In this document: piece after piece, positions 48,678 to 56,123 of the stretch
How the letters are laid out: the number at the start of each line of letters is the position of its first letter
How positions within the stretch are numbered: position 1 is the first letter of the stretch
Source: an uncultured beta proteobacterium
GTDB taxonomy: Bacteria > Pseudomonadota > Gammaproteobacteria > Burkholderiales > SG8-41
DNA: 64,000 nt
Assembly: GCA_963829085.1 (NCBI GenBank)
Contig: CAWHHJ010000006.1
Span: 239,398-303,397 of the forward strand
Direction of reading: 5' to 3'
Notes under the pieces: model-generated
The model's database searches: none
Seen by the model: the letters and a program-made list of their open reading frames with translations, nothing else
Told to the model about the DNA's origin: nothing
Made by a program: the position numbers and the translations under genes

Positions 48678-50477
48678 ATGCAAGCTAAGTTTTGGGGAAC
48701 ACGGGGCTCGCTCCCGAAGCCGGGACCGACCACAGCGCGCTACGGCGGCAACACGTCGTGTGTTGAGGTCCGCTGCGACTCAGGCGAGTTAATCGTGATC
48801 GACTGCGGAACGGGCGCGCACGGCCTGGGCCAGCAACTGCTGCGCGAAAAGCGCAACTTACATGGCCACTTGCTTATAAGTCATACGCACTGGGATCATA
48901 TACAGGGCATTCCGTTTTTCGCGCCACTTTTCAGTGAGGGAAGTACCTGGGACATCTACGGTCCTCGCGGCTTGTCGCACAGCCTGCGTGCCACGCTTGC
49001 CGGCCAGATGGAGCACACCTATTTTCCGATTTCGCTCGATCAATTTGACGCGAGGATCAACTACCACGATCTCGTCGAAGGGGTGTTTTCGATTAATGAA
49101 GTGAACGTCGTCGCCCGCTATCTTAATCATCCGGCGTTGACGCTCGGCTACCGCATCGAAACCGATGGCGCGAGTGTCGTGTATTGCTGCGACCATGAGC
49201 CACATTCCGTCGAAATGGCTAGCGGGGACACGCAGCTTACGGGTATGGATCGACGCTATGCGGGTTTCGTGGCGGGTGCCGATCTCGTCATTCACGACTC
49301 TCAGTACACGGCGCAAGAATACCCGTCCAAGATCGGTTGGGGGCACAGCCCGGTCGAATACGCAGTCCGCGTTTGCGAAGAGGCCGGCGTCAAGCAACTG
49401 GCTATAACGCACTACGACCCGCTGCGTGATGATGATGCGGTCGACCGCATCCTTCGCGGCGTTCGCCAGCGTCTGCGCGAGCGTGGATCGCCGCTTGAAG
49501 TTCTCGCCGCCGCCGAGGGCCTCACATTGAATGTGATACGTGATCCGGATGCCAGCTCGGACTCTGCGCGAGAACGTTTCGGCGCAGACACCGCACTTGA
49601 CGCGTCGTCTCTCGAGCGGCCGGTGCTGCTGAGTATTGCCGATAGCGGCATAACTGCGCTTCTCTCGCAGGCCCTCGCAATGGAAAGTCTTCCTTATCGG
49701 GTCGTCAACGAGGGCGAAGATTTGGCGCACGTCGTCAGAGATGAGAACGCTTCACTCGTCATCATTGAGCACAATCCGCCGGTCATGGACGGGCTCGCAG
49801 TTGCTCGCGCCATAAGAGACGGTGAACAGGACAACGAGGTACGTGTTCCGCTGGTACTTGTCACCGCAGACGCGAAAGCCCCGGCCTCAGAAAATACCGT
49901 GGCGACTGACTGGCTGGTCATGCCCTTCAGTCTCAGTTACGCGCGAACGGTAATTCGGTCCTGGGTCCTGCGTGCCGCCTGCCGCTGGGTCCGGGCGCGG
50001 GAACCAGACGATGAAGCCAGGCGGCTGGCTGCACTTCGCGAGCTCGCGATTCTCGACACGCCCGTCGAGGAGCGGTTCGACCGCCTGACGCGAATCGCCG
50101 CTGCTGCGCTCGGCGTGCCGATCGCGCTGGTCAGTCTGGTCGACAGCGACCGCCAATGGTTCAAGTCGAGCACGGGTCTCAAAACCCGCGAGACATCGCG
50201 CGAAGCCGCGTTCTGCGCTCATGTCGTGCAGGACTGCCAGGAAATGGTGATTGAGGACACTTTGCTCGACGATCGCTTTGCCGATAATCCGCTCGTCGTC
50301 GGCGGCCCGCGAATTCGCGCCTATACGGGCACTCCGCTGATTCTCGACGACGGCAGTTGTATCGGTACGTTCTGCGCAATCGATACGCGTCCACGGGAAT
50401 TCAGCGACACTGAACTCGCGACGCTGCGCGATCTGCGCGATTTAGCTCTAGAGGAAATCAAGCGTGTACACGTCTAG
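48678..50477 (+). CDS. Three-domain signalling-type protein: N-terminal MBL-fold metallo-hydrolase, degenerate receiver (REC-like) domain, C-terminal GAF domain
   Basis: aa 1-285: FWGTRGS...GGNTSCVEV..., SHTHWDH (HxHxDH). aa ~313-432: REC-like beta/alpha pattern VLLSIADSG...LVIIEHNPPVMDGLAVARAIR...PLVLVTAD...WLVMPF. aa ~445-595: GAF typical of bacterial sensors, RLAALRELAILDTPVEERFDRLTRIAAAALGVPIALVSLVDSDRQWFKS...GTFCAIDTRPREFS. Confidence 0.8.
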   Translation: MQAKFWGTRGSLPKPGPTTARYGGNTSCVEVRCDSGELIVIDCGTGAHGLGQQLLREKRNLHGHLLISHTHWDHIQGIPFFAPLFSEGSTWDIYGPRGLSHSLRATLAGQMEHTYFPISLDQFDARINYHDLVEGVFSINEVNVVARYLNHPALTLGYRIETDGASVVYCCDHEPHSVEMASGDTQLTGMDRRYAGFVAGADLVIHDSQYTAQEYPSKIGWGHSPVEYAVRVCEEAGVKQLAITHYDPLRDDDAVDRILRGVRQRLRERGSPLEVLAAAEGLTLNVIRDPDASSDSARERFGADTALDASSLERPVLLSIADSGITALLSQALAMESLPYRVVNEGEDLAHVVRDENASLVIIEHNPPVMDGLAVARAIRDGEQDNEVRVPLVLVTADAKAPASENTVATDWLVMPFSLSYARTVIRSWVLRAACRWVRAREPDDEARRLAALRELAILDTPVEERFDRLTRIAAAALGVPIALVSLVDSDRQWFKSSTGLKTRETSREAAFCAHVVQDCQEMVIEDTLLDDRFADNPLVVGGPRIRAYTGTPLILDDGSCIGTFCAIDTRPREFSDTELATLRDLRDLALEEIKRVHV

Positions 50478-50535
50478 ATGGCATCGCCTATTGCCGCTGT
50501 TGATGCGCACACAACTGTACTCCAACGCCCCGTAG

Positions 50536-51270
50536 TTACCGCTTCCTTCTGCCGTCTCCGTCGGCATCGAGCTCCGGATAGTGGCGAAAGATGCCTTCTT
50601 CATTGAAAGGCAAACGACGCGGTGACGCCAGATAGGCCGCGATGCGCGGCAATGCCGCGACGCGCTCGCTAAGACCGGTCACCAGCGGATACTTTCGCCG
50701 CGCAGTTCTCATCGCTCGTGGAAATGCATAGCGCAAGCCGTGCACGATCTGGAACAGGGACAGATCGACGTACGCCAATTTGCTACCCGCAAGATATCGG
50801 TTCGTCTTCGAATTCCTTTTAATCACTTTTTCGAAATAGTCGAGATATTTCGGAATACGCTCTTCGCGAAAATCCTTCGCTTTGCGCCGTGCCTCCCGTT
50901 TCTGGTCTTCATAGTACAGCGATGAACCGACCGGGTGATGAGTGTCGTGGACTTCGCTGACCAGGTCCGCTATGGTCAACTGGAGTTCGTGAACCCACAG
51001 CTTGCCCGCTTCTTCCCGCGGCGCGAGTCCGTGGCGATCGCCGAGAAAGAGAAGAATGTTAGCGGTCTGTGCTATCACCAGGCGTCCGGCCTTTAGAAAA
51101 GGCGGCGCGAACGGCGGACGCTGTAGTTTTGGATCTGCGAGCGACCGCATCAGCGCAGCTTCGCCGTCGTGGCCGCGCGCAACATCTTTGTAATCGGCAC
51201 CTGCCTGTTCGAGCGCCAGGCGTACGAATTCACCGCGTCCCTGAATCGTCGGCCAGTAGTCGCAACTCAT
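50536..51270 (-). CDS. Glutathione S-transferase family protein
   Basis: MSCDYWPTIQGRGEFVRLALEQAGADYKDV..., PFLKAGRLVIAQTANILLFLG, C-terminal helical domain. Confidence 0.8.
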   Translation of the reverse strand: MSCDYWPTIQGRGEFVRLALEQAGADYKDVARGHDGEAALMRSLADPKLQRPPFAPPFLKAGRLVIAQTANILLFLGDRHGLAPREEAGKLWVHELQLTIADLVSEVHDTHHPVGSSLYYEDQKREARRKAKDFREERIPKYLDYFEKVIKRNSKTNRYLAGSKLAYVDLSLFQIVHGLRYAFPRAMRTARRKYPLVTGLSERVAALPRIAAYLASPRRLPFNEEGIFRHYPELDADGDGRRKR

Positions 51271-51510
51271 AGCGCATAAGCGGCTCGCCTCCAATCGTCG
51301 ACAATGCGGCAAAATCGTTGCATGGCAGCCCGCTAGCGTCAACGCCACGTATAGTCACGGGACCCTCTGACCCGGCGAGCGCAGGACAGCGTATGACATG
51401 CCTTTCGTCGTTGGTCTGACACGGTTGAATGAACCGGGGCAGCTTTTTATATTCAGACGGTTGTGGATGCGGCCGCAACATGAACGCTCCACTTTTTATC
51501 AGGAGAACGC

Positions 51511-51651
51511 ATGCCGGTAAGGTGGATTGTGGCAGCCGACCAGAGCCGCGCACGCATATTCGAGGTGGCGCCAGACGGACCAAAGGACGTCTCGTGGTTT
51601 AACACGCGTATTATCGACGCTTATCTCAAGAGCAAGCATCTGGGCGCCTGA
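51511..51651 (+). pseudogene. Truncated host-attachment-protein-like ORF (46 codons)
   Basis: AGGAGAACGC then ATG. MPVRWIVAADQSRARIFEVAPDGPKD resembles the conserved N-terminus of host attachment proteins, which I recall as roughly three times longer. A stop follows after 46 codons and no frame continues the family downstream. Confidence 0.4.
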
Positions 51652-51656
51652 CGAAC

Positions 51657-51863
51657 GTGCACTCCATATATTGCCGCTGCTGCCGCCGCCCGTTCGGCAT
51701 GGAGACACCCGTATATATCGAGGGCGTCTGGCTCGCGCGCTGCCCGCGCTGCTTATCGCGCAATACGCTGCAGGCGTGCTGGATAAAGAAGGATCCCAGT
51801 CCGCGCTTCGTCGCCACCGCGCTGCTTGACAGCGGACCGCGCCGGATCAGAGTGGTCCACTAG
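51657..51863 (+). CDS. Hypothetical small CxxC...CxxC (zinc-ribbon-like) protein
   Basis: 68 aa, GTG start; the two Cys pairs in YCRCCRRPFG...ARCPRCLSRN are spaced like a zinc ribbon; GC-rich third positions. No RBS seen. Confidence 0.35.
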   Translation: MHSIYCRCCRRPFGMETPVYIEGVWLARCPRCLSRNTLQACWIKKDPSPRFVATALLDSGPRRIRVVH

Positions 51864-52032
51864 CGGCGTAAGCCGATAAGCGTTGTTCGCTTTGTCGCGC
51901 CGCTGATTGGAATGCGGACTACGAGTGTTTCATGCGGATTCCGACGTGAATCACCGAACCGCTTGCCCGCAACGCCTTTCTCAGTGGTGGGCCTGCTTGT
52001 TTCGAGCGGCTACTTAAATCAAAGGAGAGACA

Positions 52033-52440
52033 ATGAAGACAAAGTCATTACTCACAGGTATGGCGCTCGCCGGTACAATGCTGGCAACTGCGGCTGTCTA
52101 CGCGCAGAGCAGCGGGGCCGGCAGCACTTCCGGTGGTAGCTCGGGCGGGTCGTCGACAATGGACCGCTCATCGGGCGGGGCGAGCGACTCAACGGGCTCC
52201 GGCTCGAAGAGCGGTACTTCAGGCTCGACCAAGGGATCATCGTCGAAATCCGGCACATCATCATCCGGCACCGGATCATCGAGCTCTGGATCGTCTGATA
52301 CCGCAACGGGCGCAAGCGGCAGCAGCAGTGGCGGCAGCAGCTCGAGCGGCGGCAGCTCCGGCATGGGCGGCTCGTCCTCAGGTATGGGTTCCGGTTCCTC
52401 GAAAGGGTCGGGCTCGTCCTCCGGTAGCAGCAGCAAGTAG
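52033..52440 (+). CDS. Secreted Ser/Gly/Thr-rich low-complexity protein
   Basis: AAAGGAGAGACA then ATG. MKTKSLLTGMALAGTMLATAAVYA signal peptide. The remainder is almost only S/G/T with scattered K, D and M. A strong terminator follows. Confidence 0.7.
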   Translation: MKTKSLLTGMALAGTMLATAAVYAQSSGAGSTSGGSSGGSSTMDRSSGGASDSTGSGSKSGTSGSTKGSSSKSGTSSSGTGSSSSGSSDTATGASGSSSGGSSSSGGSSGMGGSSSGMGSGSSKGSGSSSGSSSK

Positions 52441-52483
52441 CATTGCCATAACAGCGACAGTCTAGTACGTCGCGAACAACAAG

Positions 52484-52511
52484 AAGGCTGCGCGATGCGC
52501 AGCCTTTTTTG
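52484..52511 (+). terminator. Rho-independent terminator
   Basis: Perfect 10-bp stem AAGGCTGCGC / GCGCAGCCTT with a 3-nt loop (GAT), running into a T6 tract, 44 nt after the stop of CDS 52033..52440. Confidence 0.75.
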
Positions 52512-52585
52512 TTGCAGCAGCGTGTGCTGCGCCGCTCGTCTTGCGACGCCCTCGTCGGCCTGCGTGAGCGGATCGCCGGCCTGGC

Positions 52586-53050
52586 CTATTTTTGGGCGGC
52601 TGCCTGGTCAGCCATCCATCGCCTCCGCAACTCGAGACACTCCTGCTCCAGCATTCCGGTCACGACGTCGAGCGGCCGGCGGGTCATCGCGAGAAAGCTT
52701 TCGACCGAATATGCGCCTGTATCCTGACGCTTAAGTGCTGCATGACGTGCGCCGAGCACGACACGCGCAATCTTCGCTTCCAAAATCATCCATAGACACA
52801 TCGGACACGGCTCGAGCGTCGAATAAAGGGTCGCGCCGGAGAGCTCCAGCGTGCCAAGATCCCGGCACGCGACGCGGATCGCCGCGACCTCGGCGTGTGC
52901 GCTCGGATCCATATCGGCGAAAACGGTGTTACGCCCTGTCGCGATTATGGTGTCGTCACGAACGATAACGGATGCAACCGGCCGATTACCCGCAGCGTAT
53001 GCTTTGCGCGCGTCTTCGAATGCAAGCTGCATGTAATGTAGATGGTCCAT
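52586..53050 (-). CDS. Nucleoside/nucleotide deaminase, CMP/dCMP-type zinc-binding (TadA/guanine deaminase-like)
   Basis: HAEVAAI ... LEPCPMCLWMI zinc-ligand motifs (H-A-E, PC..C), 154 aa. Confidence 0.85.
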   Translation of the reverse strand: MDHLHYMQLAFEDARKAYAAGNRPVASVIVRDDTIIATGRNTVFADMDPSAHAEVAAIRVACRDLGTLELSGATLYSTLEPCPMCLWMILEAKIARVVLGARHAALKRQDTGAYSVESFLAMTRRPLDVVTGMLEQECLELRRRWMADQAAAQK

Positions 53051-53169
53051 GACCTCGCCTCTTTAGAAGATGGCGGCATCTTCGCACATTTGATGCGTAG
53101 CGGCCGAGCGCTCGCACGCGTCACCGGGAATATGCGACCATACGAAGCATCCATTCTGATTCGAGTCAT

Positions 53170-54147
53170 GTGAACATCCGTCGAGCTACCTCGGCATTCT
53201 GCATAGCGCTCACCGCAAGCGCGCATGCACAGACGCCGCCATCGTCCTCATACCCTGCGCGTCCCATCCGCGTGATGGTGCCGTTTTCGCCAGGCGGCGC
53301 ATCGGATCTGGCGGCACGCGTGGTGGGCCAGAAGCTCGGTGAGCGGCTGGGCCAGCAAGTGGTGATTGATAATCGCTCAGGAGCTGGCGGCGTGATCGGC
53401 GCGGAGCTGGCCGCAAAGGCGCCCGCGGACGGCTACAACCTGCTCATGGGCTCGTCCACGGAGATCGCCATCAATCCGCATTTGTACAAAAAGCTCAACT
53501 ACGATACGCTGCGCGACTTCGCCGCTGTTTCGCATGTGGCGTCGACTCCATTGTTGATCGTCGTGCATCCGTCGCTGCCCGCAAAGACCGTCAAAGAACT
53601 CATCGCGCTCGGCAAGTCACGCCCGGGTCAATTGTTCGCTGCATCGTCGGGCAATGGCGCGTCGACGCATCTCGCAATGGAGCTCTTCAAAGTCGCTGCT
53701 AAGGTCGACTTTGTGCATGTCCCGCACAATGGCAGCGGGCCGGCGGTGGTCAGCACGATGACCGGCGAATCGCAGATTTACTTCGGCGCCATGCCGGCAG
53801 TTCTGCAGCAGGCCAACTCCGGGAAACTGCGCGCGCTGGCGATAACAAGCGCACAGCGGCGTTCGGCGGTACCCGATATTCCAACGGTCATCGAAGCCGG
53901 CGTCCGCAACTACGAAATACTGATATGGAATGCGCTCTTTGCGCCGCGCGGCACCCCGCCCCCAGTGATTACACGGCTGAACGCGGAAGTCGTGAAAATT
54001 CTCGATCTGCCCGATGTGCGCGAGTCATTCGTCAGGCAGGGCGCCGAAGTATCCGCAAGCACGCCGGAACAGTTGAGTGCATATGTAGCTTCAGAGTACG
54101 CGAAATGGGGCAAGGTCGTCGCGGCATCGGGCGCGAAGCTGGATTGA
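53170..54147 (+). CDS. Bug/TctC-family periplasmic solute receptor
   Basis: GTG start. MNIRRATSAFCIALTASAHAQTPPSSSYPARPIRVMVPFSPGGASD. Confidence 0.9.
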   Translation: MNIRRATSAFCIALTASAHAQTPPSSSYPARPIRVMVPFSPGGASDLAARVVGQKLGERLGQQVVIDNRSGAGGVIGAELAAKAPADGYNLLMGSSTEIAINPHLYKKLNYDTLRDFAAVSHVASTPLLIVVHPSLPAKTVKELIALGKSRPGQLFAASSGNGASTHLAMELFKVAAKVDFVHVPHNGSGPAVVSTMTGESQIYFGAMPAVLQQANSGKLRALAITSAQRRSAVPDIPTVIEAGVRNYEILIWNALFAPRGTPPPVITRLNAEVVKILDLPDVRESFVRQGAEVSASTPEQLSAYVASEYAKWGKVVAASGAKLD

Positions 54148-54164
54148 TGCCCCGAACGCGGCCG

Positions 54165-55157
54165 CTATTCCGGCTTGATGCCGGCCGCTTTGGCGACTCG
54201 CGCCCACTTCTCCGTTTCAGCGCGAATGTACGCCCCGAATACCTCAGGCGTACTCGCAATCACTTCAGCGCCGTCATTCGCAAGACGGGCCGATATTTCC
54301 GGCGTGCGCAGGACGGCCACGGCCTCGCGATTGACGCGCGCGATGATTTCCTTCGACGTCCCGGTCGGCGCCAGCAGGCCGTACCATTGCAGCGATTCGT
54401 AGCCGGGCACGCCGGCTTCGGCGATTGAAGGCACATCCGGCGCACTGGCAACGCGCTTCGCGCTCGTCACGCCCAATGCACGCAATTTACCGCTGCGCAC
54501 ATGCGGCATCGTTCCCAGCATTGACGCGACAGTCACCGAGACATGGCCTGACACGAGCGCGATGATGGATTCGCCGCCGCCCCGATATGGAACGTGCAGC
54601 ATGCGCGTGCCCGTCATGAAGAGAAAAAGCTCCATGCCCATCTGCGGATTGGTCCCGAAACCCGGCGACGAATAGGCCACATCGCCAGGCCGCGCCTTCG
54701 CGAGCGCAATCAGTTCCTTCACATTGCGCACAGGAAACGACGGATGCACTGCGAGCACCAGCGTCTGTATCGCCGCGTGCGTGATCGGAGTGAAGTCGCG
54801 CAGCGCATCGTAGGGAACATGCTTGAAGGTCGCCGGGTTGATGGCGAGCGTGCTGATGCCCATGACGAGCGTATGACCGTCGGGCGGCGCTTTCGCTGCG
54901 ATCTCGCCGCCAAGCATCGTGCTTGCACCGGCGCGGTTATCGACTATGACCTGCTGGCCGAGCCGCTCGCCGAGACCCGGCGCGATGGACCTTGCGACGA
55001 CATCCGCGCCACCCGGCGGGGACGTCGGCACAATAATCCGGATTGGACGCGTCGGGTAAGCCGGCTGGGCGCACGCTATGTGACTCGCTAAGGAAACGCA
55101 CACTGTGAGAATGGCAAAAGCAGCCGGCAAAATCTTCATCTGCGCTCGTTTCATCAT
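54165..55157 (-). CDS. Bug/TctC-family periplasmic solute receptor
   Basis: MMKRAQMKILPAAFAILTVCVSLASHIACAQPAYPTRPIRIIVPTSPPGGAD. The upstream part of ORF 54165..55331 overlaps the neighbouring gene and is rejected. Confidence 0.88.
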   Translation of the reverse strand: MMKRAQMKILPAAFAILTVCVSLASHIACAQPAYPTRPIRIIVPTSPPGGADVVARSIAPGLGERLGQQVIVDNRAGASTMLGGEIAAKAPPDGHTLVMGISTLAINPATFKHVPYDALRDFTPITHAAIQTLVLAVHPSFPVRNVKELIALAKARPGDVAYSSPGFGTNPQMGMELFLFMTGTRMLHVPYRGGGESIIALVSGHVSVTVASMLGTMPHVRSGKLRALGVTSAKRVASAPDVPSIAEAGVPGYESLQWYGLLAPTGTSKEIIARVNREAVAVLRTPEISARLANDGAEVIASTPEVFGAYIRAETEKWARVAKAAGIKPE

Positions 55158-55236
55158 GACCTGCTCCGCCGCACGGCTGTGTCGCGCACAACGACCGAGT
55201 CCGCGCCGTATCTCGGTGCGACGATGATCGCCGGCA

Positions 55237-55914
55237 TTATGCGCCCTCGACACTGCGCATTCTAAGCACGCGCAAGAATGACACGAAAAGTATGGCGAGT
55301 GCAGCGGCTTGCACAACGTGATACACGGCATCGTGATTGAAGTAGACCGGATGTATGCCGATTCTCAGGAATTGAAGCGCCGCTGCTACGAATGAAATGA
55401 CAATGCCGGTGAACATCCAGAACCACTGCATCGCACTTGTCCGCCGCCAGCGCGCGAATGAGATAACCGCCAGGGCAATCATGGGCGGCACATAGAACGC
55501 AATGATGATTTTGAACTGGTGACTTACGAGTACCAGCATGCACATGAACACGAGCAAATTAATGCAGGCAAAAGCCGGCAGCGCTCTGCGCAATCGCTCG
55601 CTATCGAGCAGCAATGCGTCGATGTACCAAACAACGATTGAGGCGAGCCCTATCGATAGTCCAATTAATAGCCAGATCGCAAGGCCTGGCGGCGTTGCCG
55701 TCTTCGCCGGAAAGAAAGCGTGATACAGAGCACCGAGCAATGACGCGATCGCGAGCATCGCAAACAGCGCGCCAAACAGCCGCTGCAACTGCGCCGCCGA
55801 TGACTTGAATCGTATGAGCAGCCAGGCAAACAGCGTCGATTCGAGGAATAGCAGGAAGTCGGTGGCTGCGACGTCGAACTCATGTAGCGTGATGCCTCCG
55901 AGTTCAAGAGTCAT
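55237..55914 (-). CDS. Hypothetical integral membrane protein (about 7 hydrophobic segments)
   Basis: 225 aa, hydrophobic throughout: FLLFLESTLFAWLLI, LFGALFAMLAIASLLGALYHAFF, GLAIWLLIGLSIGLASIVVWY ... Confidence 0.65.
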   Translation of the reverse strand: MTLELGGITLHEFDVAATDFLLFLESTLFAWLLIRFKSSAAQLQRLFGALFAMLAIASLLGALYHAFFPAKTATPPGLAIWLLIGLSIGLASIVVWYIDALLLDSERLRRALPAFACINLLVFMCMLVLVSHQFKIIIAFYVPPMIALAVISFARWRRTSAMQWFWMFTGIVISFVAAALQFLRIGIHPVYFNHDAVYHVVQAAALAILFVSFLRVLRMRSVEGA

Positions 55915-55947
55915 GCGGGCTGCCGGTCGGCTTATTGCGCGACGCCG

Positions 55948-56082
55948 TCACGCAGCGCTTTTGCCGCCATCGGCTCGTTCGATAGTCTTGATTTCAGCGA
56001 GTGGCTCAGCGCTCCAGCTATCGTAGGCAAAAATATATGACGCGGCAAACAACAGTGTGATGAGAAGAACAAGCGGGAACAC
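55948..56082 (-). CDS. Possible 44-aa single-TM micro-protein
   Basis: Too short for the supplied ORF list. The GTG gives VFPLVLLITLLFAASYIFAYDSWSAEPLAEIKTIERADGGKSAA, a hydrophobic helix plus a charged tail. Lies between the RidA-fusion stop and the membrane-protein start on the same strand. Weak RBS. Confidence 0.3.
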   Translation of the reverse strand: MFPLVLLITLLFAASYIFAYDSWSAEPLAEIKTIERADGGKSAA

Positions 56083-56123
56083 CCGTTTTCATTCTTGTTG
56101 AGATCTCCGCAACGAACGCGCAG

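Noticed and set aside
52098-52465. ORFs 52098..52436 (minus; Glu/Pro/Asp/Leu-rich) and 52133..52465 (plus; Ala/Arg/Pro-rich) overlapping the Ser/Gly-rich gene.
   Set aside because: They are by-products of the repetitive AGC/GGC-type codon run. Only the 52033 frame has an RBS, a signal peptide and a terminator.
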